Source: Paramecium tetraurelia (taxonomy: Eukaryota). Taken from it: DNA of 64,000 nucleotides. Positions 1 through 14,449 of the stretch are shown in pieces. A program made the position numbers and the translations under genes. The notes beneath the pieces are model-generated. The model had not been told where the DNA came from. It saw only the letters and a list, made by a program, of their open reading frames with translations, and did no database searches. Position 1 is the first letter of the stretch. Each line of letters starts with the position of its first letter. The stretch spans positions 124,001 to 188,000 of the forward strand of contig CT868037.1 in assembly GCA_000165425.1 (NCBI GenBank), read 5' to 3'.

Positions 1-2805
1 AACTCAGAGCAATCAAAGATGAAATAATATTATTTTTGTACTTTATTACCGAATTCAACCATTCGTATTTTGGCTGTACACTAATACATGCTTTTTTACA
101 ACTCCTAAATATAGTAATAGCTTTACTTCTATAGCATTTAGAAAGTCAACCATTTGTTATTCTTTCTATTCGAATAGGGTTGACAAATTGTATTTCCTCT
201 CTTAATTGTAATCATTTTAGATCTATCTACTTGGATCTATTGTAAGAGGATTTTCTTATTAATTAATGGACTTTATTTCAGTAATCAATCTTTAATTCAT
301 CCCTTATTTTGGACTATGTATCATAGAACTTAGATGTTCAAATTAAGTAATTGTCTTGTTAGTTTATTCGATTTATTTAAGTGATTGAGCCTGGTAAGTT
401 GAAAATATAGATTCATGAATTTTAGATAATTTAACTAAGTCTTGGTAAATATAGAGAACCACTGACTTTTATGAGATTGTTTCTTCTTTCTTTGAGAGCA
501 TATCACTAATATACAAATGGATATGAGGTAGAAACATGTAGACATAAAATAGATCAACATTCTGTAAGAAAAATTCTAAGTTTTCTTTAGGTATCAAAAA
601 TTTACTCATTTCTTGTGTAATCCCAATTAATCTACCATACTCATCGAATAACAGATAATTTTGGGATTCTGTTATTTTAGTCAGACCACCAATTAATGTA
701 AAATCATCCAAGAAATTGTAGTTATTATAAATATTAATGTATTAAGGTATTAAAAATCCAGTCTTCGATCTACCAAACGTGATAACGTCTTTAAAAACAA
801 GGTCTGTTTTTGCTTCCTTGATATAAGATTGTAGAAATCTATCGTGTTATTAGCCGAAATGCTATGGCATCAATTCTCTGATATTAACAATTTAGTTAAT
901 TTCCATCACAGAATACCCAAAATAATTTGCTAATTGACTTTTATTGATATTTAATATTTATCCTAATTGTTTTACCATACTAAGGATGACCAGGATAGTG
1001 TTATCATTCAAAATGTTCGATCTTGACAATGTCTTTTATTGAAGTTCTGTGGTTATTAGATCTGAAATTTTCTATTCACATAAAAGTGAGATACAGTAAT
1101 CATTTAATACAAAACTGTGGAACATAGAACAAATTTTCAAAGTTAAAACGTCTTCACAAGATTTTATGAATTCTACTTTTACCACATTGATTTACTACGC
1201 TCTTAAGTATAGAATACAGTCAATTATTTTTTTGCTTAATGGTAGTGCAAATGTTTAAAATTCATATATTGATTGGCATCCTTTTATCTAAAATCTCCAA
1301 ATACTTATCTTATATTAAATAATATCAAGTAGTGCCTTTTAGAAGTACTCCTCTAATTAACAAAATTGATACAATTCAAATGTTGTGATTCTTTTCTCAT
1401 TATTGATATCATTTTTTAGTGACTAAACTTGTTTATTCTGATAAATCTTCTAAACTTCCTGAATCCTTTTCTGTAAGTGCAAATCAATTCTTTCCTTAAT
1501 TAAACTATAATAATAGGACTTCCGATAATTAACATTCTATTCAAATCTCTTAAATTGAACATAGGCTACAAGTGGTTTTTTTCTGACAAAGACCAGAAAA
1601 GTGACAAATAGTAACTGTGTTTCCTCGATTTCATTCTTTTATTCATTTAATAGTTCAATGAACATTTCAGTGATCAGATACAATCCCAATTTATAGTAAT
1701 CAGACATGTTTGTGCTTTTATTACTAATCAGAGCCTTTTGTTTGAATTTTGCAAACTTTTCATTGTTGATCAACTGAAAAATGAGTATATGTTGTCTGGT
1801 TATAGAGTTAGAATTAATATTGGAAATGCAAGAATACAATTCGTAGATTAGATTGAGTTGTCTAGTTTATGTGATGAGGTTGTATTGATAAAGAAAGGTG
1901 AATAAATGATTTCCTATAATTAATCCGAGACTGAGAACGAACATCATGTAAATTGCTATTTACTCTTCAGGGAATGTTCTATTTTTAGATGCAACATTCA
2001 AAGTGATTAAAATTGCTAATGATTCCAGGGCAAATGAAATTTGGAAGTCCATCATATTTTTATGAGGGATGTCCGATTAAAAGTATAAGTGATTTAGGCT
2101 TTTGATTATAAAGATCATATGCAAAACAAACAAACCAATTAGATTGTATAATTTTGATTAATCATCCAATGTTAAAACAATTGCAATTAAATTTAACAAT
2201 ATTACTGAACTTCTTAACTTTGTAAACTTCTATTACATAGGGTGGTATGGGGTGAATGAATAAATTCTTAAAAAATACTCGCACACGAGTACATACAAAA
2301 AATACAGAATTAATGTGCACATGTTGATTATTAGTTGATTTGTCTAATTGTTGCGGTTGGCAACAATTATTTATTATATATAAAACTTATAACATGGTAT
2401 TTGGAGAGTTTAAATAGAAAATAAGATTATTGAACACAGGAGACTCGTTCTCCCTTCCTTATAATTTGCCTTCCTAATCTTAGTGTTTAATTCTAAACTG
2501 AAAAAACTCAAGTAAAATAACACGCCTAGGAGTATTATGAGACTAAAAATTGTAAAAGGATAATAGATAAAATTATTTTGGAATTCGAAAAAGGGTGTAA
2601 TAGTGAAATATGAGGTGGCTCTTTAGATAAAAATCAAATACCCATCTTTGTATTTCCAATATTGCCATCCATGTTGAGGTGTTAGCAGAGATATGTATTG
2701 GATGTATGGTATGATGATCAATAGTTTAGAGAGCGCATCCTCTGTTGAATTTCTGTGTTGAGAATGCGCTACAATGGTTAAGTTTTCAATCAAAGTAATT
2801 CTCAT
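1..2805 (-). CDS. Large multi-pass membrane protein with PAS domain (TmcB/TmcC-like ciliate family), 3' end runs off the window
   Basis: ATG at 2805; reads as coding in code 6; N-terminal hydrophobic helices; PAS-like segment 'NIRELMPQHFGQQHDRFLQSYIKEAK...FGRSKTGFLIP' near 750-880. Confidence 0.7.
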
Positions 2806-3149
2806 TGATATTTAAATTAATTATTGTAGTAAAACAATAATTTTGTACTAATTACAAATTTTATCTCATGCTATAAACATCAATAAAGTAGCGAGATTTT
2901 GAGTTTTAATGAAAAATGTTCATACTTAAATACTATAAAGAAACTACTAATAAAGATAATTTAATTTGTTTGTTCGTAGATATCTAAATTATAAATGATC
3001 ACTTATGATGGAATAAAATTTATTAAATTAATTCAGTGATTAATAAACAATTTATTTGAACATCTCAAAAGACTAGAAGTATATACTTCTCATAGTTTAA
3101 GTATCCCAGGGTACTGATGGGGACATTGTATCAATGGAGATTCGGAAGA

Positions 3150-3187
3150 ATTTATAAGATTTTATAAGATTTATAAGATTTTATAAT
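3150..3187. repeat. Short tandem repeat (TTTATAAGAT) x~4
   Basis: Seen directly in the divergent intergenic region. Confidence 0.7.
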
Positions 3188-3378
3188 GTGAAATTAAACA
3201 CTTTATATTTAATTAGCATAATTGGCATTCAGCTTTGTGCTGGTTTGAGGTCAAGAAGGAATGTATTTGGAGTTAGAGCCAAACTAATATGTGTTATAAA
3301 TTACTTTGAAAAATCTTGAAAATATACAAATATAGCATTCGCTGACTTGCACTACTCAAATATATTATTTATTTAATA

Positions 3379-4312
3379 ATGAAACCTATTGTATTTAGGA
3401 TTGACCCAAATGTCCTTTCTCAATTCGTTAAACCCTCAGGACAGAAGAAGGAGGCTGCATCCTAAGTGAATCAAGTTTAAGATTGCTTGAAAGTAAGATT
3501 AAGTTACTTATATAGCAATTGAACATAGACGATGATGAGGAAGTTGAGTAATTTACGAATCAGCAACCTTCTTAGCCAGTCATAAAAAACAGATCAAGAA
3601 CACTCTATTCGAATGGGTCGACTCTGCCTGAGACGCTATCGAAGAACTCCAATCAGTAGATTCAGGAGATGAATCTCTCAATCAGTGGATCTTCCTTGGG
3701 TTGGGACGAAGTATTTAGTTCCACAATGCCAACCTCCTTCTAAATGTTTCAATTCAAAAACAAAAGACGCTATGAACCTTAATAGCAAACAACCCAATTC
3801 CAAATTCAATTACAGAATGTAAAAATATATAAATACTCTAAGATACCCAAAGACAACAGAACGACCCTGATGATAAAGAATATCCCAAACAAGTACTCCT
3901 AGCCTCTTCTTCTTGAGGAGATAGACTGCACTAATAAGGATACTTACAATTTCTTTTATTTACCAATTGACTTTACAGTATAATATTAATTCATGATTAT
4001 AGAACAAATGTAATGTGGGTTACGCCTTCATCAACTTTTATGATCCCTTGGACATCCCAAAGTTTTATCTGGAATTCCACAATAGAAAGTGGAGCAAATT
4101 TAATTCAGAAAAAGTAAGTGTCTTCCTCAATAATCCCTAGATTTGCTAGATCACCTATGCCAGAATCCAAGGAGTAGAAGAATTGTAGGGACATTTTCAA
4201 TATTCAACCATAATGCATGAAAAAGTACCCTTCAATTAATATCAATCATTAGGACAGAAGACTAAAACCCATTTTCAAATAAAGTTCAGAGTAGAAACTA
4301 AAAAGAAAATGA
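3379..4312 (+). CDS. Mei2-like RNA-binding protein (RRM_2 domain)
   Basis: Motifs RTTLMIKNIPNKY, FFYLPIDF, NKCNVGYAFINF, WSKFNSEKICQITYARIQG; several tiny introns; TGA at 4310-4312. Confidence 0.9.
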
Positions 4313-5019
4313 TAAAAATTTGTTTCAATTAGTTATCAATGGTTATATCTCATCATTTAAATCATCTATGCTGTCCATTTTGTTTTTATGAAATCTAAAC
4401 AAAACCCCATCTCCATACCTATGTGTTTCTTAGTTAACTAATTGTATCAATAAAGCTGAAATTCCTTCTTATGAAAATGCTAATCAAGTATTAATTGAAG
4501 TAAGACTGCTAGAAATCATCATACCCTTAGAATTCAAATGATAGTAATAATCATTTAATAATGCCAAATTTTGAATGAATCTTTTTTTCAATTGAAGTGT
4601 ATGTTAGCAATATCCACAAGATATACAATTTGATATTTAATAAGATTTAGTTATTTACATTATATTTTTCTTAATTACAAGCCCCTCATATTAACGAGTA
4701 TAGATTTGAATCTTAGTAAAGGTCATTGCCCCATTCTGTAACACATATGATTGAGAAAGGGATATAATGCTGTCTTCCTATTCCTAAATACCATTTCAAT
4801 TTACTTAGGGAAATCGAAACAATGTTTGTTGGGCTATTTCAGCAATTTATAAAATTAGAGTATAAATAAATAGGAATTTTGTTTCAATAAAGTGGAGAAC
4901 CTTAAAATAACTATTTATTGAATGTAATTAATAGTTAATAAAATTCTCACAGTTAATAAAAGAAATTAAATGAATAATTTAAATGAATTAATATTAATAT
5001 TAATTTCTATATTAATAAA

Positions 5020-6104
<1,085 letters not shown>

Positions 6105-6354
6105 TTTATATATTTTGAAAGTTTTTCATATACATGTTATTTTTATAATCATAGTCAGCATCTCTTTAATCTCTACATTCATTTATTATGCTATTTTCAC
6201 AGATCCTAAGTGGGAGTAGAATATCAGCAGTTAATTCTTTGTTTAAGTTATTATATTAATTGTAAATAGAATTGGTAATTCAATTCAAATTAGGCTAAAT
6301 AAATAATATATTATTAGAAATAGAGTCTAAATTAGACGTATAATAGGATCATCA

Positions 6355-6630
6355 ATGGAATAAATAAAGTGCAATGTCTGTGAGAATATAAATAATTATA
6401 AATGGCTTGCAAAGTTAAGTATAAGCAAGTAAAATCAAAGAAAAGAAAATAAAGAGAATTAGAAAGAAGATATTACAAATAAAGACTAAAAGATCATTTA
6501 CTCAAGTAATACTTTGCTTTCGGTCAGCATTTTCAAAATATTGTTTTTATTGTCTATTTATATTTCATTTTATATCTACCTAGCATCACTAATGGATGAG
6601 TTGATGCTATCTATTTAATTAATCGGTTGA
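6355..6630 (+). CDS. Small hypothetical protein (91 aa) with a C-terminal hydrophobic segment
   Basis: Intact ATG..TGA in code 6 (MEQIKCNVCEN...); no recognised motif. Confidence 0.35.
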
Positions 6631-6681
6631 ATTCAGAATGACTATTCATGTATTAGTGATAATTATTTATTTAAATAAAAA

Positions 6682-8266
6682 ATGGAAATTGAAGAAAAGT
6701 ATAGCTTATTGATAATTGGAGGAGGACCTGCTTCTGTAAAATTTCTATACAACTTGTTCAGGACATCGAGGTATTGGTTTTAAATTCTATAGCGGAGATT
6801 GCCTGAATATTTGAATGGATTGGGAATAGGGATTGTCGAGAAGGGGAAATGTTTTGGTTCTGGAAATCTGGAGAGTAAAATGAATTATACCACCTATCCT
6901 GCGAGTGAACTATTGAAATTGATGTACTTCCATAAAACCAACTAAATGATATCGATCTGTAAGGATCTGACAGATACTCAGGCTTACAAGACTCTGGTTC
7001 AGTATGGAGAGAAATGCCCTCCGAAATCATTGGCAGGATATTTCTTGAGATTGCTGGGGAGTGTGTTATTGAAACATATATACACATTAAAAAAAATGCA
7101 AATATTTCACCCTCAAAGAGAAGCAATAGCAATCCGACTGTTGGCTGATGGATGGTTTTAGATAAGAACGCAGAGCTTATCGTAAGAGTATTAAAATAAT
7201 TTGTAGAGCTGATACTTAAATCAAAGACAAGTATAGAACGATAAAAGCAAGAGTACAATAAATGATTGATTTTTAAGCATGTATTACTTTGCACAGGAAG
7301 AGAGCAGACCCCTGCAGACATATTTTGTTAGGAATAGGGCTTGATCGAAACTCTAAAACAGAATCCAAGACACATAGTTGGAAGTGGATAGAAAGCATTC
7401 GAGTGTGCTGAACTCTTACTAAGTGGTCCTGTCATGTACATTAACAATGAACAAATTAATGCTTACACTTAAAAAATATACACTTGTCCCTTATGCAAAT
7501 CAATGAAGTGTTCATGTTTTGGATCACTTGTACCACAAAAATATATATGGCATTACACAGTAAGACATGATAATATAAGGATGTTGCATTGCCTGAATAC
7601 AGAAAGGGAGAACTTAAAATTTATTTTGCCAAACCTCCAAGACCGTATTTTAGCAATCATCAGAATGATTACATCACTATTCCAGAGTAGTAGATAAATA
7701 AAAAAGGAGAAGCAAATTATCTTACTGGATTGAGGGGTAAATCAAAAATCCTGTATTTGAAAATGCTTGCCACTTAAGAAGTTCGTGTAGCACTCTCTCA
7801 GGATGATCCAATTTCCAACCAATTCATCGATGGAAAGGAATGCAAGTGCAATCAAATAGAAATCAAGGACACAGATGGCAATATAGTTTAATTTCAGTAT
7901 AGTTTTGGATTGTATTAATTGGATGACAAAGGCAGATTGAAGACACAAAAAGGGAGTCTAAGAAATCTATTCTGTTATGGTTCCAATTGCATAACGTAAG
8001 AGCAATTGGAGAGGGGATGCTAAGATGAGTATGGAGATTGCAGCATTGGTTTTGATGAATACGATTTATTCTTTATGAACATCAAGAATGAAATCAATAA
8101 TTAATGGTTTGACAATAATGAATTTCCCTTGACTGCACAATCTCATGTGTCCAAGGGTGGTGATTTTGATTCAGATCCAAGTGTTCATTCTGAAGTGGTG
8201 GAGACAGAAACATTTGCATTAAACTAACTATAGGAGTAATTCAAATAGAAGAAGAAAAAGAAATGA
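6682..8266 (+). CDS. FAD/NAD(P)-binding flavoprotein (two Rossmann motifs; N-hydroxylating monooxygenase-like)
   Basis: N-terminal LLIIGGGPAS, VLLCTG, second motif HIVGSGQKAFECA; intron near 6770. Confidence 0.65.
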
Positions 8267-8401
8267 ATTGATTGAAGAATATGAATTTTGTTATGATATA
8301 AATTGATAAATAGACATTACACAAGAATATTAAAATTATGTTCCCCTTGTGATATATAACACTCTTAAATTGAATACCAATTTCACAAATATATATATAT
8401 T

Positions 8402-9865
8402 TCAAATAGATCCACTTTCCTTTTGTTTGTCTTTGCCCTCGTAAAACTTAATGTATTGACTCACCATCTCATTCACTTGAGGCTGTGTGACCACCTTACT
8501 ATCCCTCTCAATCACCTTTCTGAATATGAAAAAACCAACCAATAGGAAGAACACAACAGAAGCAGTTATTACTAAGATATATAGAGCAATCGAATCATCT
8601 ATTACTGGAGGTGTATATCCTTCAACTTGTGAACTACATTAAGAAGGAGTAGTTTGAAAACCTAGGTTAAAATGTATGATTTACTGTTGCAGATCTCTCC
8701 GAAAATTCCGCTTCCTGAGAACTATCCTCTGTAAGCCAATGAATTCACATGAACTGATGGGAACCCATTAATTCCTGCAGCCTTGTAGATGTACAATTAG
8801 TGGTCTAATCTGTAGTTGTATGCATTAGATTCGTTTCTGGTCTATTAGTTAGTTTAAACATCAAGAAATGAGGTATCGAAGCATTATTGAATCTCATTTT
8901 TAGGGATCTCCAATATGTCCATCACCTATTGACTACACACAGAGTATGCTTGAGATTTGGTACATTTGAAATTGAATTGGTTCTAAGGTTTTAATAACAT
9001 TTGTACCATATAAGCAAACCATTTCTATTGGTGCAATTCGAATATGCAAAGTTATCTTAATACTTCATAGACAACGTCTCTGCCAGTTCCAATGGCTGCT
9101 CCATCAGGATCGAATGCACAATATTTATTCTAACAAATGCAATCAGAATTTGGTTGCTAGACACCATCGACTTCATTATTAAAACTCATAATAGAGTAGA
9201 CGAGTGTATAATTAATATTTTGATCCTTCAATTGGGTGTAGTATGGTTCATATTCATCAATGATTCTGAAGGATTCTCTATCTTGAATGTTCAACCCAAA
9301 TATCACTGATAGATTGTCCGATTTGACAACGTCGAATTTTAAAAGCAACATGATCTTCTCATCATTTGAATCCTCCACTCTGTTTACCTTAGCCCTCTCT
9401 CTTATCAGAGTAAAGTGTTTATTTGTAATGAATATGGAAGGGATTGATACCTAAAATAAAATACTCCATATTGTTCACCTAATATCCATGGCCGTCATCA
9501 GCCATAGCAAAGTCAGATTTAATGGGATCGTCATTGTAATTCCCAATAATTGCCAATTAATACCCAGCCCTCTCAGCATTCCTAACCTTAGTTACGAATG
9601 TGCAGTCTCCTCTCTCAATCATAATAAATTGAGCTCCATAAGTAGGTGTTAGCTCATCACATCCATTTGGTGGATAAGCCAAATCCACTGCTCCCATCAA
9701 GCGATGTCCAAATGGTATAATTCTAGTTTTCGTAAATAACAAAGACTACCCAAAATTGGCTATGCTATAATCAATTTTCTCATTAATCAGGTTTGATGGC
9801 CTAATAACCTTAAGCTTGGATTGTATAACTGCGATAATGCTTACAAGTAGGAGAATATTATACAT
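8402..9865 (-). CDS. Vacuolar sorting receptor (BP-80/VSR-like): signal peptide, PA domain, thioredoxin-like domain, TM helix, YxxPhi tail
   Basis: YSIANFG, IERGDCTFVTKVRNAERAGY, CIQNKYCAFDPDG, a TM helix, tail MVSQYIKF. Confidence 0.88.
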
Positions 9866-10354
9866 AATTTAATTAATTATGTCATTGTTTATTACTTTGT
9901 ATTAGATTAATACTAAAATACTAATGTTATAAATGTAATGAGAAATTAAAAAGAAGTGTAAAAATTGAGAGTTAGGTGGATGTATAACGGAGTACTTAAT
10001 ATTTTGATATGCTAACTTAAAGGAATTGTCGATTTTCTTAGATAGAATAAATGCAATTCAGGACTATACCAAAGAATATATATCATTTGAGAATAAAGGT
10101 TATGTTGTATATTTTATATCTGAAAGTAATTTCCTTAATCATCTTATAGTTACTCTTTACATTTCTAATCATTATTACTACTACATTTAGATTGCTATAA
10201 AAATATTCATGATGCTAATGTAATTTAAATATGAGTATTTTATATTCTAATTGAAGGGATTATATATGACAACTATTGAGTTACTCACTCTGTCCAAATA
10301 CTCTCTAATATTGCTATGTTTAATTGTTATCAATATTAATTAATTACAATAAAT

Positions 10355-11473
10355 ATGCAATTTAAATTGCTTTCTCAAAATCGAGTCCAAACACAACCCA
10401 CCTACATTCATACTCTTGACAATAAGTCATTTATCGTCAGCTATACTGATAAAACCTTCGAAGCCTACACAGAAGCGAGGAGATACAGTTTAAAACAAAA
10501 TTTCCCATCAGCTCTTTGCGGGTATAATATTTCGGAAGACACGGTTTTGATGTTCAACTGTATTTTTATAGTGCCTGTTGGGATTGGAGAATGGAAATGG
10601 ATTGCTTGTGCGAATCAGGAATGATCAAGCTGATTTCAATCTATAAGAATGGCGGGAGAAACAATACAATCTGACTTTCTCAGTTGCCATTATCTTTATT
10701 GGTATCATCCATAAAATTATGAGGCAAAATAAATTAATAATAGTACATTGCTGTCCATGAAGATGGAACACTACTTATACTCCAATAGTCGAGTGATGTT
10801 CAATTTAGTAAGATCACAAAATTAAAATACCATTTAAATATAGGGTAGGCCTATTTCAATCAAGAGATCGGAATCATCACATCCGCCAATCTTATATTCA
10901 CTTTCAATGCTAATTAAATATCCAATTACACTCACTGGGAATTAGATAAATTCAGACAGCTGAGTGCATCTCAACTCAAATTGTTTGGCTAGACCATCAA
11001 TCAATACAATGATTATTGGAAGTAGCAATGTTAAATCAATGGCACCATCTACAAGATGATCTATCACAAAACTCTAATTTACCTAATCACTGAAAAGGGA
11101 TACTTTTACACATTATCTCACAAAGTCAATTCAATTGAAATTGAAAAAATAATTGATTTGAATTACTCAAAACCACTTCAATTAAATCTTATTAATGAGG
11201 ACTCTCTGCACATATCATTTCAAGGTTCCTAATTGTTATTGTACAATCTGAAGAATAAAGTGGTCTCAACACTTTTACAGTATATTTTTAATTGGTATTC
11301 TTAGAATCAAATCAGACAAACAATTGATAGGTTCAAGAATCGAAAGAAAAGATGGCAATTTTCTGATTTTGGTTATCTATCGAAATAAGCCTTCCAACTT
11401 TTTGGAATTGTATCCACCCAAATTGTGCGATGCTCATGTCAAATTGATATCTGGTACAAATAATGTGGAATGA
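10355..11473 (+). CDS. Hypothetical protein (possibly beta-propeller-like)
   Basis: ATG at 10355, code-6 frame with tiny introns, TGA at 11471-11473. Confidence 0.55.
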
Positions 11474-11541
11474 TTTATATGAAGTGTATATATATACTGA
11501 TAACTTCTGTGTTGTATTATTTAAAATATTAAGATATCAAA

Positions 11542-12246
11542 ATGATCAAGGAATATGATTATCTGTTTAAGTTAGTGATCGTGGGCAACTCAGGAGTTGG
11601 CAAATCTTCTCTGCTCCTCAGATTTTCAGATGACACCTTTAGTGATTCCTATTTAACTACAATCGGTGTAGATTTTAGATTTAAAACTCTCGAAATAGAT
11701 GGCAAAAAAGTTAAACTCCAAATCTGGGACACTGCTGGCCAAGAGAGATTTAGAACCATCACCAGTGCGTATTACAAAGTATCCTATAACATATGAAATA
11801 AGGGTGCTGATGGTATCGTGTTGGTCTATGATGTTTGCTCCCTGGCTACCTTCGAGGATATTGACAAATTCTGGATCAATGAGGTGGATTCATATGCTGA
11901 AAAAAATGTTGAATTATTATTGCTGGGAAACAAAAGTGATATCGAGGAAAAAGTGTAATTGCCCATCTCCTCTATTATAGAGTAACTACACAAAAGGCCT
12001 TAGACTATGCTGGCATAAGGAAAATGGCACACATGGAAGTAAGTGCCAAGACTGCTGATTAAGTGTCTAAAGCCTTCCTCTCCTTAGCTAGAAAATTGAT
12101 TGCCAAAAAGGATTCTCAAGGATAAAAGGGCACAGGGTATCAATTTTCTTAATATTCCAAGGCCTCAAAAGACTCAGCAAACACCCGGCTAGAAAATTGG
12201 ATAACAGAGTGAAGAGAATAAAAAAGAAAAAGAAGGATGCTGTTGA
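11542..12246 (+). CDS. RAB1: Rab1/Ypt1-family small GTPase
   Basis: [50 protein letters not shown]-terminal GCC prenylation motif. Confidence 0.93.
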
Positions 12247-12832
12247 ATGTATAAATATATTTGAAGTATTTACTTATTTTAATAATATTTATTAATATTG
12301 AGAACACTCAAAATTCTTATCTAATTTTTAAACTCACACCAAGCAGCTAATTCTTAATTTTCAATCCAAAATATTCTCCATAGATTATGTAGGTGAGGAT
12401 TTGACTCTCCATATTTTAAAATTAAGTTTTAAGTTCCCTTTATTCTAAATTTAGATCTCATAAGAACATAATGATTTCTGTTATTTCCATTGAGGTTTAT
12501 CTGAATCTCTTAAAAATTGATCCCTCTTCCTATGGTGAGTTTAAATTGGACATCAAATTAATTCTGATGATCTATTTTTGAATTTGAGGGAGATTTAAAA
12601 ATAAAGCTTTCCTTATTGCCTTTCCTTATAAGTTATCATAGGGTTTGAGAAGTTAAACATTCCCATTGATGATGGAGTAGATATGACAGCACACTTTGAA
12701 TTATTATTAAAAATTAAATAACTGATCATAATATTGCGTTTGAAAAAATAATGGTTCGCATTAATCAGGGTTTGAAAAGTGATTCAGAGTTTGAAGCAAT
12801 TGTAATAATAAAAATATCTCAGCAACTTCAAC

Positions 12833-13388
12833 ATGTATAGATACATCTCCGAACTTGGATTTAGAACACCAGCCATCATTAATTCTCTGAAAATATTCAT
12901 CAGAGATTTCAAAGATGTGCCATCTGTCTCAGTAACAAAATTAAATTCCGAACAAATCTACTCCGCTCTTGAGATTCATTCTCTACCCTGGAAAACATCA
13001 AGTGACTCCTCCAAGCTTACCAAAGAATTCAAATTCAATTCATTCAAAGAAACCTTTGCTTTCATGGGATCAATTTCTACCATCGCCGATGAAATGCATC
13101 GTAATATTTTAAAATCTATTAACATTAGATTATCCAAAATGGACACAAAAAGAAAACGTAGTTACTGTAGAGATGACAACTTCAGAATGCTCAGGTGTTT
13201 CAGTAAAGGACATTCTTTTGGCCTACGCAATGGAATAAGTAGCAACTGAAGTCTCCGCTACTAAAATCACAACTGTGTGCGACGGCCCAAAAGTTGTTGA
13301 CTCATAAATACTACAAAATTGGAACTCAAATTTCTCTAAAACCGAGGAAATGCTCCAAAGTTTTTAGAAGACTACAGCATAACTTTGA
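12833..13388 (+). CDS. Pterin-4-alpha-carbinolamine dehydratase-like protein
   Basis: LTKEFKFNSFKETFAFM...ADEMHHYPKW...GVSVKDILLA after removing the intron near 13101. Confidence 0.85.
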
Positions 13389-13863
13389 TTTTATATCAAT
13401 ATATTATAATTTCTTTACATAATTTACACAATTAATATAAGATACAATAGAAATTATTATAAAATATATAATCAGGGATTCTGTAATTATTGAAATTTTA
13501 ATAATTTTATAAACAATCTCATCGACATAATAAACGCAAAATATTATAATAAAAACAATTGTTTTGATTTCAAAGTATTTAAACTATTAAAAGGAGGATA
13601 ATACCTATGCAATTAGGAGGGATAGTCACATAAATGAGAGAAAATAAATAAAGAATTTCATGAATGAGTCTTGGAATTGTGTAATACAAATTCAATCATC
13701 AAAATTTCTTATTCCAATTAATATTTTGAATAATTATTCATTGATTTAAGAAATACACAATCTCCTTCCTTGAATAACTATAGATTTAGTACTCTCTAAA
13801 AGGAAACTACTAATGATGGAATCTAGTTTTGGAAAGATCTGTGAATATAATTTATTAATTATA

Positions 13864-14427
13864 ATGCTAAATTCATAAAAATTAAGTTTTAATGATTAAT
13901 CTCATTTGAACGAGGAGTATGTTAGTGTGATAAAGTAAATGCATGAGATTGCTGATGAGGAAATCATCAATCGTTTGGCTTAGAAGATAACATAGAGTAA
14001 GTCATTTTTGAGGATCGCGAGGAAAGATTACGATTTTAATTTAGTTCGATTGGGATTGTATTTGATTTTGATTTTGGGAATTTGGATTTTAAGTTATGTG
14101 AAGATAATTTGGTTGTTGACTGCAATAATATATCCAATGAAATGCAAATTGAGCAATGAGTAGGACTAGATTCGCTAAATTTTGTACTATGTGGTTTTGG
14201 GTGTGATTCTGTTATTGGATCCTTTGCTATATGTGATAATTGAAAAGATGATTCCTTTGTATGGGATCGTGAGATTTTTGATGATTTATTGGTTGGTACA
14301 CAACAAATTCTACGGGTGCGGTGTGTTATATGTGCTGATATTTAAGAAGCTGAAACAATTGGATCCTGAGAGAATCAAAGAAGATTTGTTGGATGTAGTT
14401 GATAAGATGTCTGCAAGAAACTTTTGA
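13864..14427 (+). CDS. TB2/DP1/HVA22 (REEP)-like membrane protein
   Basis: Intronless 187-aa frame; IIYPM, YYVVLG, IPLYGIVRFLMIYWL and GCGVLY match the REEP pattern. Confidence 0.7.
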
Positions 14428-14449
14428 TAATAATTAGATTTAATATTTA

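Noticed and set aside
4398..4412. AAAACCCC telomere-like word
   Set aside because: Single copy; no telomeric tract, tRNA or rRNA gene was recognised anywhere in the window
6758..7321. Longest standard-code ORF (187 aa, minus strand)
   Set aside because: Antisense to the plus-strand flavoprotein gene; no recognisable motif
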